NCBI GenBank assembly: GCA_002269645.1
Contig: NIVC01002176.1
Coordinates: 62,001 to 126,000 of the forward strand
Direction: 5' to 3'
Length of the DNA stretch: 64,000 nucleotides
Source: Macrostomum lignano
Lineage: Eukaryota
Both the position numbers and the translations under genes were made by a program. Below are positions 1 through 17,659 of the stretch, piece after piece. Within the stretch, counting starts at the first letter, position 1; each line of letters begins with the position of its first letter. The notes beneath the pieces were generated by a model, which was not told where the DNA came from, made no database searches, and was given only the letters and a program-made list of their open reading frames with translations.

Positions 1-477
1 CATCATTTTCAGTAGTCGTTTTGATTATATTCTCATACTACGAGCGTACAAGCGGAACCTGTAGATATCCAGTTTGCATCTAAATAATTTACACACAGCT
101 GTATCTAAACTTCTAAGCCAAAGGTAGTACATTCTCGTAATATTTTTTTTGAAAAAAACTTTAAAAACATCTCAAAATTTGACCAACTATTCTCGTTTGA
201 GTCATGATTCGCGCATTGTGACGCCTACGCTCTTCTAGTTGACGTGGGGTGCTTGCGCGCTTGTTTTGACCTTTGGCCTCTAGGTTCTGGATGGTCGCTA
301 GTCGATTGGCTGGGTTGTGGCGCCCCTCTCTCTCCTCTCTCTCTCTCTCTCTTGTACCCCTTGATTGCGACCTAGCACCTCCTCAACTCTCTTCCCCCTT
401 TGTCTGTGACCATCCTTCTGATTGGCTGATTGCTCTGATTGGCTGGGCTTTGCTGTCGTCTGTTTTCTCTTTTTGAT

Positions 478-750
478 TTATAGAGGCAGTTAGCTGTGCG
501 CACCCCGGCGCACATAAGTGACATTGTCACACTGGCCCATTCTGCCTACTCCCCTGAGCAGGCAAACAGTCACACAGGAGTGTACAGCGGCCCTAACTTT
601 TTATCGTCAGGCATGTACACTTCACTGTGCTTTCTGAGTTGCCTGTCAAGGACGTTATTTTCACGACCAAAGCCAAGCCGAGATTCCCATGTAGCCCCAA
701 ACTAAATGTGACCATGAGAGAAGCACACTAGACCACTTGGATACGCCACT
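478..750 (-). mobile_element. tRNA-derived SINE, family 2 (degenerate)
   Basis: Minus strand starts with an A-box-like GGCGTATCCAAGTGGTCTAG. The body (TTTGGGGCTA..GAATCTCGGCTTGGCT..GTGAAGTGTACATGCCTGACGATAAAA..TACACTCCTGTGTGA) aligns by eye to 48265-48457 plus 52635-52800. Its GTCAGGCATGTACACT motif recurs at ~30886 and ~57630. Confidence 0.5.
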
Positions 751-2574
751 GCTCTCTCACCGCTTCCCCGATTACTATTTTTATCCCCTCTGGCTGCTCC
801 ACTAACTTTGGCTCGTGTGGCGACATCCTGAGTGATTGATTCTTTCCCACTTGGCGTGTGTTAACAATGTGTCATTGCAAAGACTCAATCTACTGCATGT
901 TAAAATTGGAACTCCAGTGATTCATAGTTACTGGCACTGGGAGGTGGAAGCGACCCCTGTTGCCACAAAATGTTTATTTGGCTGCTTGATGGTTACGATT
1001 TGTTTGAATAATTTCTGCGCAAATGCCAGAAACCTCTCCAGACACAGAAAGAGTAGGGGGATAGAGATAGAGAGAGAAAGCAGTAAATTGACAATAAATT
1101 AGGAGTGCACTTGGCCCAGTGAATGCGTAGCTTAAATATCGCAAAGCTGAAAAACTGGGAAGCAGAAAGGAACACAACGGCTAAAAAGCCATTGCCAAAA
1201 ACGGATGTAGATCGGGAAACCATGGCTGACTGGGTTATACTTTTACCATGGCTGATACAGACTTCGAAATCTGAAGTGAAGCAGTTCGATGATTCATCCT
1301 TTCTAGCCAGAGATCCGTCCTTGATATGCCAGGTCGGGGTTCAGGCAGACAACTTCATCTCAGTAGGAGGCTGGGGATTATCGGAGATTGGAGCGAACTC
1401 CCCTATCTAGCGTGGGTGGAGCGGTCGTTAGGACATCAGAAAAAAAGTTTAAACGCTCATTAGTTCGGCAGTAAAAACGGTTGGAAGAAGATATGCGCAT
1501 TGAACGGAGAAGGCAGCAGTGGAGGACATTAAGCTATCGAGGCTATAGAATGACGGGATTTGCAAGGAGGACACGTTAGAAGATTATCACACCACAATCA
1601 AGCTGGGAAGCAGATATTGCACTCCACCCGATGCCGCCCTGCATTCCGCCTGCTATTATTGATCCCAGGCGGGCAAATTTCGGTCGCTCACCCTTGGCTA
1701 TGCGGCCTTCTGGAGGCGAATGGAACTCGTAGGACAGGGGAGACGGTTATAAATGTCGGCAGGGGTGGGGGAGATACGAGAGAGGGTCAGTCAGTGGATG
1801 GAGGGAGGTTCCGGTCGGCGGCAATTGAACAGTTTTTTGGTATAGTTGGCAGCCTGGCTAGGGCGATCTGGAACGCCCACCCTCCCTCGCTCTCCTTTTT
1901 TTCTCCTGGGCGTTTTGCGCAAATCATATTTCGCTACGGGGTTCCGAACATCCTCCCTTTCCATTGCGCCCAAGCTTATCCGCTTGGCAAATGCAATCTA
2001 GACCGCTGCGTCTTCAGTGCGGCTTTTCTCTTGTTCAGCTCCATACTTTCTTTTCTCTCGGTTAGGCTAAGGACGCCGTTATTTAAACAAGCCAGGCAAA
2101 TTTTTCTGCTACACGTGCCACCTCCATCTTGGCCTTTCTTTTTTAGTTTCTGCCTTTCTCTCTGTATTTGTTTTTATCTCTTGTCTTTTCTATCGACATT
2201 GATTCTTCACTATCCACAGTCTCAGTAAGAAAACTAGGGGATCAGATCGGTGCCCGCAAAAGTATAGACGGAGAAAAAGAAGTAGTTTAACTGAAGTCTT
2301 TTTCTTAGGATATTTGTTATCGTTAACCGATATTTTCACTTTCGATATTAACGCCTTTTGCTCATTCGCTGTAGCGCTTCACTTTAACGTTTTCACATTT
2401 CTTTTAGTGATTGGCAAGAATCACTTTTCTTTGTAAGATATTTTTCTACTAGCTAACATTTCGGTTTCCGAATGGAAGACAAACGACTTTTCAGTTCGGC
2501 GTTTCACGGTGAGAAGTAAACTATTTGACGCATGCTGGCTTGCTTGGTTGGAACCATGTGCATTCTCTCGAATC

Positions 2575-3060
2575 CTTTGGAATCTGCTGAATCATTTGGA
2601 ATCTGCTGAATCATTTGGAATCTCCTGAATCATTTGTAATCTGCTGAATCATTTGGAATCTGCTGAATCATTTGGAATCTCCTGAATCATTTGGAATCTC
2701 CTGAATCATTTGGAATCTCCTGAATCATTTGGAATCTGCTGAATCATTTGGAATCTCCTGAATCATTTGGAATCTCCTGAATCATTTGGAATCTCCTGAA
2801 TCATTTGGAATCTCCTGAATCATTTGGAATCTGCTGAATCATTTGGAATCTGCTGAATCATTTGGAATCTGCTGAATCATTTGGAATCTGCTGAATTATT
2901 TGGAATCTGCTGAATCATTTGGAATCTGCTGAATCATTTGGAATCTGCTGAATCATTTGGAATCTGCTGAATCATTTGGAATCTCCTGAATCATTTGGAA
3001 TCTGCTGAATCATTTGGAATCTGCTGAATCATTTTAAATCTGCTGAAGCATTTATAATCT
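2575..3060. repeat. 19-bp minisatellite (GGAATCTGCTGAATCATTT), ~25 copies
   Basis: Direct tandem repetition visible; main variant is G/C at one position. Confidence 0.95.
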
Positions 3061-3419
3061 TCTGAACCCCTTGGAATCTTCTGAATATTTTGAAATCGGA
3101 TGAATCATCTTCTGAATCTCTGGAATCTTTTGAAGCTATTAGGATCTATTGACTTCATATACGACCTAAAATAGTTTAACTAGTCTGCACTGTGCAGAAT
3201 TTATTTAGCATTCATTTTTCAAGATTAATCTGCGCATTTTGAATCAGTAGCGATGCCCAAGATGGATTTTGTTGGTGCCGTCAGTGATTGCTAGTTTTCT
3301 AAATAGCAATTGCTTGTAATCAGTGCTACAAGCTATCGTGGTAGTGGGATCGCATTTTAAGATTTTACCGTCTTAAAAGATTTCAAAAGCAGATTTTCAT
3401 TGCCCTGACTCCATTCCAG

Positions 3420-6221
3420 CAAGCGGCGGAACTTCCGGCAGCTTTGGCAGGCAGCAGCATTCGACGAATAGCCAGTGGAGCCACCAGAGTCGCCCCACAG
3501 CAGCCAGTAGGGTCTCCCACCTAGCCGCAGGCGGTGTCAGCAGGCAGCAGGACTTTGGCGACCCGCTGCAAGATCTGGAGCGACTTTTGAATCGTCTTCT
3601 GAACGATGCAGATGTGGATGGGGAGCCTCAGACGAAGTCTAAACGGCATCCTGAAACGTTTCAGCAATCGAAAAAGCACGGAAACGTCGATTGGAAGATT
3701 CGGCAAGATGCGATTGTTAAAGACAGGGAACTGAGGGATGGCGTTTCAATGCGCAGGAAAGACTTTGTAACGAGTGAGTCAGTTGTTAGAACTGCTTGCG
3801 TTTACTATAACAACAAATCAAGATTAATAGTTCTGTCTAGTTCTGTATTCTGTATAGTTCTGGATACCGGATATAAGATATTAAAAAACTTTGTGACATA
3901 CAATTAGCTCGTATGTTCTTGTAACACAGGCTTCATTAAACATTTGATACAATATTTAAAGATGTCAATGCTTTCCATCTTCTAAATATTTTTTTAAAAT
4001 TTGAAGCAATACTTTTGTGGGATGCTTGACCAAATTTAACATTAACATTTTCAGATCGGCCCAACAACCATCATCGTTCACGCCGTAGTGCAGTCGAAAC
4101 GGCTGTCACCAGCAATTATCAAATTGAGAAACCTGGATTCACCGAACAGAATCAAGGTACCGCAGGAAATTATGATCACTGTAAGTAATCGTACTTACGG
4201 AATGCATCTGATTAAGTAGTGTGATAGATTTCATGAAAAAGTCGAACCTTCCAACTACATGCAGGGTTCGCTGGTCAGCAAATTTCGACAGACCACACAC
4301 GAATCAGCGGCATTCAAGATATCGATCCGATTTCGGAGGCGATGAGCTCAAAGCTCCAGAACAGAAAATGGTCGGCCGGGTAAGGTCATAGTTATAGCTC
4401 TTTATGAAGCTCTAGATGTCAGATGGTCTCTTAGATTTCAAATTGTTTCTTAGATTTCACATCGTTTCTTAGATGTCACATCGTTTCTTAGATGTCAGTT
4501 GGTCTCTTAGATGTCAGTTGGTCTCTTAGATGTCAGTTGGTCTCTTAGATGTCAGTTGGTCTCTTAGATGTCAGTTGGTCTCTTAGATGTCAGTTGGTCT
4601 CTTAGATGTCAGTTGGTCTCTTAGATGTCAGTTGGTCTCTTAGATGTCAGTTGGTCTCTTAGATGTCAGTTGGTCTCTTAGATGTCAGTTGGTCTCTTAG
4701 ATGTCAGTTGGTCTCTTAGATGTCAGTTGGTCTCTTAGATGTCAGTTGGTCTCTTAGATGTCAGTTGGTCTCTTAGATGTCAGTTGGTCTCTTAGATGTC
4801 AGTTGGTTTCTTAGATGTCAGATGGTTTCTTAGATGTCAAATAGTTTCTTAGATATCAGATGGTTTCTTAAATGTCACATCGTTTCTTAGATGTCCCATA
4901 GTTTCTTAGATGTCCCATAGTTTCTTAGATGTCGCATTGTTTCTTAGCTGTCCCATTGTTTCTTAGATGTCCCATAGTTTCTTAGATGTCCCATAGTTTC
5001 TTAGATGTCGCATTGTTTCTTAGCTGTCCCATTGTTTCTTAGATGTCCCATTGTTTCTTAGCTGTCCCATTGTTTCTTAGATGTCCCATTGTTTCTTAGA
5101 TGTCCCATTGTTTCTTAGCTGTCCCATTGTTTCTTAGATGTCATTGGTTTTAAATATTTTATCATTTAAAATTGTTTGAAAATGAGATCACTAACCAGAC
5201 TTCGCATAGTTTTTGAGTGACTAATAACTAAACTGCGCATTTATTTATATCTTTTCAAGATTATGTTAAAGCATTTCTATCCTCACTAATATAAAAGTAA
5301 GCAAAAATCCAAGTCCTATTATTTTATTTTTCTTAAAAGCCATAGCAAATACTTGCATGAACAAAGGCAGCCATTTTTTCCAGTTTAGAATAAAATTTAT
5401 TACTTGCCAACCACGCAGCTGGCTACTTTATTAAAACAAATTTACTCAAACCCCGTCGCAGGTACCACCGTCGCCTTCTTGGCCATTTAACTGCGTGAGT
5501 TTCGGTGTGCTCCAGGTGCATGCAGCGATATTCATTATCAATGTGACTTCTCAGTAGCTACCTGTGTTACATCGCTTGAAAAATATCGACAGACATTATA
5601 TATTCCCCATGTAGTGCAAGCCGTGAAACATGATCGAGTCTGCTAGGCTGATTTTAAAACTTCGTAGGTGTCCGAAAATGCATTAAAACATGTACTTTCG
5701 AATTGATGAACTTTATGACACGTGTATTTTTATCGACTGAGACGAATTTTGTTACTGCGTCATCTTCTACGATGCCTAAAACCAATTATCTAAAGTGTGG
5801 TTATTGCTAAATGACAGCCCATATGCTCAGGTGTAAAATTGTCCAATGGGCAGCACCATTTTGGCAGCACTATTTGGGATGTGCGATGTGTGTAAAGGCA
5901 ATGTAAGCATGTCAGTGTCAGAAGATTATTGAATAGCATGGCGGGTGTAGTAGTAGTGAATTAAAACTACAATTGCAAGTTTATATTTAAGAAGGTTGAT
6001 TAATTTTCTAAGAAACATAAAGAAACTTTTTTGTTTAAATTGACAGCCAATTCACAATCCGGCAACATTAAAGCAGCAGGAGCGTCAGGTTGGTCGCGAG
6101 ATTGAGATCACAGATCTGCGAAATCAGCGCGAACGAGCTCCACGGCAGAGCTCCACGGCTGCATTTGGATCCGATGCTTCCGTTGCCGGGGGAAGCCAGC
6201 GGGCGGTCAGTCATCGCAGAG
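3420..6221 (+). CDS. Putative upstream exons of the tensin-like gene (3420-3773, 4055-4180, 4265-4379, 6047-6221)
   Basis: AG/GT-bounded open segments; the first encodes ...DFGDPLQDLERLLNRLL.... Exon 6047-6221 joins exon 8863 in phase 1. Phases between the 4055 and 4265 exons do not reconcile, so this model is tentative. Confidence 0.45.
4420..5150. repeat. 19-bp intronic minisatellite (TTAGATGTCAGTTGGTCTC grading into TTAGATGTCCCATTGTTTC)
   Basis: Tandem array starting ~40 bp after the GTAAGG donor at 4380. Confidence 0.95.
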
Positions 6222-6565
6222 GTAAAAACCCGTTGCTCAGCTTGATGATTAAAGCTCGTTTTTTCTAGAGCTAGTTTTATTTTCCACTCGGTTGTCTTAG
6301 ATATGAGATGTTAAATATATTTTAGAAACAATACATAGTATGCCTGCCATTTGATAAATATTCAGCATTCAGATGAAACAACCTACTCTGCAACACCATG
6401 AGATTGTAAAGCCATTGCCTTGCAGCTGTAGAACTCAACAAGTCCACCCAAGATGATGAGAATTTTTGAAAACATAAAGAAAATACTGCCGTTTTTCAGT
6501 TAAAACTTGGCAATACGCTCGTAAGTCACTGTCGGTGACCTGTTTCACAAATTTTAGAATATAGA

Positions 6566-8770
6566 ATTTAATTATGTAAACTTGTTCGTATTTGGACCCA
6601 TTATAGCTGGGCATCGAACAAAGTTGACTCAGGACAGAACTTTATTTTTTTAGTAATCGAGTCTACATTTGAAAATACAGTAGATTTAGCAGCAGATTGA
6701 ACATTTTCACCAGGCACACTTTGCATATTACGAGTAATTAGATTTGAGTTGCGCTCTAATCGCTAGCGTCTGGAATATCGAAATTCAGAGAATTTCTTCA
6801 ATAAATATTTGGAATAAAAGTTTCAAAGTAAACTACTAATATCTTCTCAATTTAGCCCGATGTTGAGCTTAAGTGATAAACAGTTCAGTTTAGTAAACTA
6901 CAGTAGGAATAGAGCCTTCGCGGTGAGAATCACTATTCTATGTCAAATGGTGACACGCATTCACAAAACGTGCCATCTACGTAGTCATGGCCGATACTCC
7001 GTAGAGATATCGGACAGTCGTTCATCAATGACATGCCTTTCCATGTGCACGCATAATTCTCAGATTTCCCACCGTTGTCAGGCTGTTCTTTCTGCCACAG
7101 ACTGGGATCGATGGGGATCCGGCAGGTGTGCCAAAACCAGCCGCCTGCTGGTTCCTTGCTTCCGGGATCTTAACGGCCTCCAAGGAAGAAACTTCTGGAA
7201 CCTCGTGGCGGTCTGAACCATCTGGCATGCAGCTCCTCCAAGAAAAAATACTTGGCCTTGTCGATCGGCTCGGCCATGATGGTGAGTCCCCGCTCCGCGT
7301 TGCAGCTGGCCAAGGCCGAGTCCCAGCGACGCGAGCGCGGCCGAACGAACTTGTACTTCACGCCACACCTGGCGAATGATTGGGTAGAAAAGCGTTATCG
7401 CCTTTGACTCTCGTAACAAGGACACTCGTTAAAAAGTCAGCAAACCCATTGGCCGCCCTCGGAAACACATCGCTGTCTGGCACACAGGAAACCCAAAAGA
7501 CAGCCCAGGGCGCTAAACGAAACAAAAACGCACGCACCTGTCGTGATGAAAGTCGGCCGGACACAAGGCGCCCGGTCGCAAGCCCGGCTGTCGCCTCACG
7601 TACAGCTTGGCAGCGCGATTGCAGCTGCACTTGCGCACGTTCTTGCTGCACTTGTCAAACAAAAACAGTCTGCAGTGTCCACCCATCGTTGTGAAGGCTT
7701 GGCAGGTCTTGAATAAACTGCAGACTGCTGCGCATCTCTTGCGCGATTTTATGAAAACGAATCTTGAAACGTACTTGGACTCGATGCAGTCCCAGCCGAA
7801 AACTGGATGGTAGTTTTTCAGATAAGCTGGCTTGTCTGAATCTGGCTTGTCTGAAATCGGTTCAAAGCGGTATCAGAGGCTTGCACAAAGCTATCTGTGC
7901 GGTACCTGGTTCAAAGAAGATAATACTCTTGGAAATGTGGGACCTTCTTATTAGCTCTCACCTGCCCAGTCAGCGGCTGCAATCAGGCTCAGGGCGAGAA
8001 CAACCAGTCCGATGGCGAGCTTGTTATAATTGCTCATGTTGGGCAGCAATTTTGGAGTATTGTATTTTCCAGATAGAATGCTTCTTGAGCAGTGCGGTAG
8101 CCACTGCTTATTGCACACACACTGCTGTGAATTCACCTGTATATATATTCAATAATGCAGTTTTAATTCAGGGATATGTAAGAGGGACGAAAGCGAAATC
8201 TTTGCCACTCACAAAAAACGTTAGGTTTCCCGGTTTTGTTCAGGCCGGATATCTTGGATTTCCGAACTCGTAAATTCGCGGCATCCTGTGTGGAATATCC
8301 CGGCTTCTTAGCATATTTAATAACACAATGAGAGCGCCAAAGTAAGTGCACTAATTCTGTTTGAGCTTGGAATAGGTGTACAGTTTATTTTTGGGCTGGA
8401 GTGGAGAGAGAAGAAAAAAGAGATGGTCGCGCGCTTCACCTTGGCATGATGCTGTGATGCCCAAGAAGCGACGAGATGAAATTCTTTCAAATGCGTTAGC
8501 TATTTTTTCCAACTTACAATAGTGAGTCGCGTAAAGTGCGTAGGCAGCACAAGGACCACTAGAAGTAATCTGGAAGCAACACCCATTTTGTTAAACTATT
8601 AGAAGGCTCATTTGTTAGGATTGCACCTAAGATTTAAGTGCTCATAATTCTGGATTAACTGCGCTTGACATGATAAATTTTCGGCAGGTTGCTTGAAATT
8701 TTGTTCTCTCTAAGACTGCAACTTCTGGGTTGGAGATACGGCTATCTGAAATTGACTATAATTTGCAGCC
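6566..8770. repeat. ~2.2-kb duplicated block, paralogous to ~21934-24500 (contains the PAN-CLECT gene and flanks)
   Basis: Collinear by eye from TTATGTAAACTTG.TCGTATTT to GGGTTGGAGAT.CGG...TCTGAAAT; near-identical across exons 1-2. End points are approximate. Confidence 0.85.
6933..8037 (-). pseudogene. Secreted PAN/apple + C-type lectin protein, copy 1 (exons 8037-7962, 7850-7538, 7368-6933; in-frame TAA at 7172-7170)
   Basis: Signal peptide MSNYNKLAIGLVVLALSLIAAA; PAN cysteine pattern SRKRCAAVCSLFKTCQAFTTMGGHCRLF; CTLD CPADF..C..YKF..W.SA..C..FLGG..WFW..W.KEQPDN..ENYAC..MNDC..FCEC. All introns are GT-AG and phases are consistent. TAA stands where copy 2 has CAA. Confidence 0.85.
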
Positions 8771-8862
8771 ATACAACTAAAATTTAATTTTTTGTTTTTC
8801 TAAACTAGCATTGCGTAGCGTAGCAGCCTATGCGGAGTGCCTTGATACTTTTTCTTCCATAG

Positions 8863-12961
<4,099 letters not shown>

Positions 12962-13524
12962 TGCCATTTGCTTCAAGCCTGAGTGACTCACCTGCAAAGC
13001 AATGCATTGCTAGCAGCAATTATTACTGCATCTCGCTAGTTCTAATGAAAGGCGTTCCCCTTTTCATCGGAGATCTGGAAGGCTTCTGCTCTCCCTCTCG
13101 TGGGCCAGCGCATCCCAGGCTCCATCGGCTCCCTCATCAAGGCTGACTGACACCGGGGCTGACACACGCAGGGTCTGAGGGGATTTTTATCCCATCCCAG
13201 TTTTTTCCAGGCGTTTTTTTTCTAGCGATCCCAATTTTTCCTTCTCTAACGTTATTGCAGTCTTCGTGTTGGACCAACTTGTTAAACATATGCATAGCAA
13301 TTATAGCAGCCTAACAACGCATATTTATGTACCCTATAAGTGGTTGTAATGTTTTTGCACACTTTTTTTCACGAGTTAATTAATACTTTAGAGCTCACTT
13401 CAGCTCGAATTAATTCAAAAACTGCTTCTTCCAATGATGCTAACTATGTTAAATCTGACACGATATTTATTTATTTATTTATTGATATTCTTTAGGACCG
13501 ACCGTCTTAGCTGATGAGTGCCAA

Positions 13525-14635
13525 TTGTCTTAGAGAAGAGAGGCTGGGGTGTGAACAACGATCCAGTCACGAGTGTACATTGCTTTGGAGAAGAGAGGCT
13601 GTTGTGTGAACAACCATCCAGTCACGAGTGTACATTGCTTTGGCGAAGAGAGGCTGGGGTGTGAACAACCATCCAGTCACGAGTGTACATTGCTTTGGCG
13701 AAGAGAGGCTGGGGTGTGAACAACCATCCAGTCACGAGTGTACATTGCTTTGGAGAAGAGAGGCTGTTGTGTGAACAACCATCCAGTCACGAGTGTACAT
13801 TGCTTTGGAGAAGAGAGGCTGTTGTGTGAACAACCATCCAGTCACGAGTGTACATTGCTTTGGAGAAGAGAGGCTGTTGTGTGAACAACCATCCAGTCAC
13901 GAGTGTACATTGCTTTGGAGAAGAGAGGCTGTTGTGTGAACAACCATCCAGTCACGAGTGTACATTGCTTTGGAGAAGAGAGGCTGTTGTGTGAACAACC
14001 ATCCAGTCACGAGTGTACATTGCTTTGGAGAAGAGAGGCCGTTGTGTGAACAACCATCCAGTCACGAGTGTACATTGCTTTGGAGAAGAGGGGCTGATGT
14101 GTGAACAACCATCCAGTCACGAGTGTACATTGCTTTGGAGAAGAGAGGCTGTTGTGTGAACAACCATCCAGTCACGAGTGTACATTGCTTTGGAGAAGAG
14201 AGGCTGTTGTGTGAACAACGATCCAGTCACGAGTGTACATTGCTTTGGAGAAGAGAGGCTGTTGTGTGAACAACCATCCAGTCACGAGTGTACATTGCTT
14301 TGGAGAAGAGAGGCTGTTGTGTGAACAACCATCCAGTCACGAGTGTACATTGCTTTGGAGAAGAGAGGCTGTTGTGTGAACAACCATCCAGTCACGAGTG
14401 TACATTGCTTTGGAGAAGAGGGGCTGATGTGTGAACAACCATCCAGTCACGAGTGTACATTGCTTTGGAGAAGAGAGGCTGTTGTGTGAACAACCATCCA
14501 GTCACGAGTGTACATTGCTTTGGAGAAGAGAGGCTGTTGTGTGAACAACGATCCAGTCACGAGTGTACATTGCTTTGGAGAAGAGAGGCTGTTGTGTGAA
14601 CAACCATCCAGTCACGAGTGTACATTGCTTTGCGG
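13525..14635. repeat. 55-bp minisatellite (GAGAAGAGAGGCTGTTGTGTGAACAACCATCCAGTCACGAGTGTACATTGCTTTG), ~20 copies
   Basis: Head-to-tail near-identical units with no spacers. Confidence 0.95.
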
Positions 14636-15379
14636 AAACAGTAGGTTTTAGTCACAGAAGTACAAGCCAGCCTAGATGTCAGATTTGTCAGTCCTTTCTT
14701 AAGATGTGATATGTCGGATCGCAGAACAGAAATGCGGAATAAAAATCGATCGCAGTTGGTAGACCGATCTTTATTTCGAGCACTTCTACATGCAGCTTGT
14801 AGATTAAAGCTTTATAAGTGTCCAAAAATGAAATAAAATCTGTTATATAAAAAAATTGATGCAGTTTTTTTACATTTTCGATAAAATTACGAGTGCACCG
14901 ACTTATGAAACTTTTTTACTTTCATCAATTGAATCAACTATTTGGTGCTTGAAGTACATTAGCTCTTTAACTCCAAAGCAAAAAGTGAAGAACCGCACAG
15001 AATCAGTGTCTCACAGTGCGATTTCAAAATTCTAAATAAGGAAAAAGCGTTAGATAATAGAGAGAAGCCGTTTTCGGGGTAACACCTCCGATTCCTTGCA
15101 CAAAAAGAATGTTATATTTTGAATCTTGTTCAAGCACGTATTCTTATCAGTACATTTAGGTTAACTTCAAAATCACCAACGTTCTATGATGCTTACAGCC
15201 AATTATCTGAGGCAGAGTAGAGCAAATGGTATCCCATATACTCTATGTATACAATTTTCCGATGGGCTCAGTTTTTATAGCACTATTTGAGATGCGACGA
15301 TTGTAAAAGCAACAACTGTCACTGGAACATTTGTTGAATTTTTGGATTTTGCTGACTTTAAACAATGTGCTGGCACTGG

Positions 15380-15900
15380 TGCCGGATATTGCCAACGACC
15401 TGCTGGCGAGACGACGAAGACTGGCCTGGGCTGCGTTTCGTTCTGTGCGCTCCGAGCTTTATTCTGAGGCCCTGGATGACGACACAGGGCTCGGCTGGTT
15501 CAGGCAGTCGTTGAGACTGTCTTTTTGTACAACGCCGAGACCTGGATCCTGACGGATGCCTTTGAGAGGCAGCTGGACGCTGCGTGCGACGTTCGGAGAG
15601 CGCAGTGGTCCAGGCAGCGCGACCAACGCCGCACTTTCCGCGCTCTATGCAAAGGCGCGCCCGATGCGGCCTTCTGACCTGCTTCGCGGGCGACGACTTC
15701 CGACTGACTGGCCACGTCATGCTCTTGAGACGCTCGATGGTCAGCGGCTTTGCCTGTTTGCATAGCACGCCCAGATGACGTTTGGCGCCGCGGAGAGCCA
15801 GCTGCACGGTGAAGACTTTTGATGCGTCAGGGGCGCTAGTGACTTGGTGCAGAAACGAGACGGCGTGGACGCAGGCTCAGAGACTGGAGAAGAACGGAGC
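15380..15900 (+). mobile_element. RTE-type non-LTR retrotransposon, 3' fragment (frameshifted)
   Basis: Post-RT motifs across frames: RRRRLAWAAF..., FQAVVETVFLYNAETWILTDAFERQLDAA. Confidence 0.75.
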
Positions 15901-16687
15901 CAGGTGCTCAGCAGGTGCCCGATGTAGCGGCACAGGAGGTCAGTGGAGATGAAGGGCGGCCTGCGCTAGCACAGAAGACTTCCCAAGGAGCGCAGCTGGC
16001 TGAGGTAGGATCGCCAGGAGTTCTCCGCCAGGCCGAGGCGGCACAGGTGTCCGGCGGACACAGCGGAGGGACGGGCGGCGTCTCCGGAGGGCGAGGTCGA
16101 CCTGCAGAAGGAGAGGAGATAGAGAACGCGAACTGAAGCGGGCAGATCACGAGCGTACGGTAGTAGCGGCAGCAAAAGTTATTGAGCTCAGATTGCGAGG
16201 CAAACATGCGGGAGGCGGCATCAGCAAAAATCTGCATGCGACCAAGTAGGTGAAAGGCCTCCAAACTGATGCTGTTCCTGATGCACAGCAGAGCCACAGT
16301 CTGGTACACCTGCAGGAACCGGGAGTAACGCCAGCTCAGCCGATTGATCATGCCGGTGAAGATGACAATTTTGCAGTTTTTCAGCTGAGAGCGACGGTGC
16401 AGGATGATCAGTGTTGTAAAGTGAGTTTACTCACTGGTTTGTTTTGCTAGTCGGTGTTTGGGGGTCAAGGGATGCGATGTACATGCGCGCTCTGTTTGTA
16501 TATGTACATGCGTTTTCGAGTAAATATAAGAATAGCTCCACCCTTCGGGTGAGGGTTTGAATTTTGTTTTTTGGACTAAACCTGACTGGCTTTCTCTCGC
16601 TCACTACATTTTGGCGTCGCGCGGAGAAATCAATTGATTTGGGCCAGCGTGATTCAGCACAAGCGCGAACTCTAAATCTGCCAAGTC

Positions 16688-17629
16688 ATGAGCAGCACAG
16701 AAGGCGCAAATGCAAGTGCAATTGGCGACCCACAGCGAGGGTCCCAACAAGCAGCAGCCCAACAGTCAAGCAGAGATACAGCCAACAGAATGAGTATCAA
16801 CATTTCGCCACCGCAGCCGTTTCTGCCAGCCGCTGGAGCACCGCTGATTGAATGGAACCGATGGAAAGCAATGTTCAGCAATTACCTGCTAGCATCGGGA
16901 GCCATCGATCTGCCGGAGCAAAGAAAACAAGCGTTGCTCATCCACTGTTTGGGTGCAGAGGGACAAAACATCTACATGTCTCTACAGGCCAGCAGCAATC
17001 AGGAGGAAGGAGAGCAACCGCCATCAACAGTTGATGACACGCTGGAGCTTCTGGACACGCACTTCGGACCCAAGGTCAACGTAGTTGCTGAGAGGCACAG
17101 ATTCCGACAGAGAGCTCAGCGACCGGGCGAGAAGATCAGCGACTTCGTTGCCGCGCTGCGAAACCTGGCTTCAAACTGCGACTTCAAGACCTTCCAGGAG
17201 GAGATGCTGCGTGACCAGCTCGTCGAGAAAGTGCTCAGCAACCACATCAGGGACCGACTGCTTATGGAGCCGGAGCTGACCTTGGCGACAGCTGTGCAGT
17301 CGGCGGAGCGACTGGAAACTGGACTGCTGGAGGCCCAGGCCATCAAGGGAGGCAGCCACGCAGACCCAAGCAGCTCGTGTGGAGTCCAGCAGATCAGCAA
17401 GGCCAAGAACAGTGGAGCAGCGGCAAGACAGCACGAGGCACTGAAGCCGACAACCGACGGCCGGAGCTGCGGCTACTGTGGCTCAGTGGCGCATTTCGGT
17501 GGACAGACTTGCCCAGCGAATGGGCAGAAGTTCAAGTCCTGCGGCAAGCGCGGGCACTTTGCCAGAGTCTGCAGGAGCGGCAACCGAGTGCGGCAGCTTC
17601 AGGATGAGTACTCCATCTGCACTGTGTAG
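16688..17629 (+). CDS. gag: Gypsy gag (capsid-like region + zinc knuckles)
   Basis: IEWNRWKAMFSNYL..LLIHCLG..VVAERHRFRQRAQRPGEKISDFVAALRNLASNCDF..LRDQLV; knuckles CGYCG..H..C and CGKRGHFARVC. Confidence 0.9.
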   Translation: MSSTEGANASAIGDPQRGSQQAAAQQSSRDTANRMSINISPPQPFLPAAGAPLIEWNRWKAMFSNYLLASGAIDLPEQRKQALLIHCLGAEGQNIYMSLQASSNQEEGEQPPSTVDDTLELLDTHFGPKVNVVAERHRFRQRAQRPGEKISDFVAALRNLASNCDFKTFQEEMLRDQLVEKVLSNHIRDRLLMEPELTLATAVQSAERLETGLLEAQAIKGGSHADPSSSCGVQQISKAKNSGAAARQHEALKPTTDGRSCGYCGSVAHFGGQTCPANGQKFKSCGKRGHFARVCRSGNRVRQLQDEYSICTV

Positions 17630-17659
17630 ACAGCTGCGGCAGCAAGCAAGCACTGCGAA

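Noticed and set aside
1123-2228. ORFs 1123-1410 and 1560-2228
   Set aside because: No recognisable motifs or exon structure; the 3' part is T-rich low complexity.
6566-8770. Lectin block as Helitron or other TE cargo
   Set aside because: No TSD, TIR or terminal hairpin plus CTRR found at the ends; treated as an ordinary segmental duplication.
13505-13535. CTGATGAGTGCC as a hammerhead start
   Set aside because: No complementary stem II strand or correctly placed GAAA follows.
13525-14635. 55-bp array as a CRISPR array
   Set aside because: Units are head-to-tail with no unique spacers, there are no cas genes, and the context is eukaryotic.
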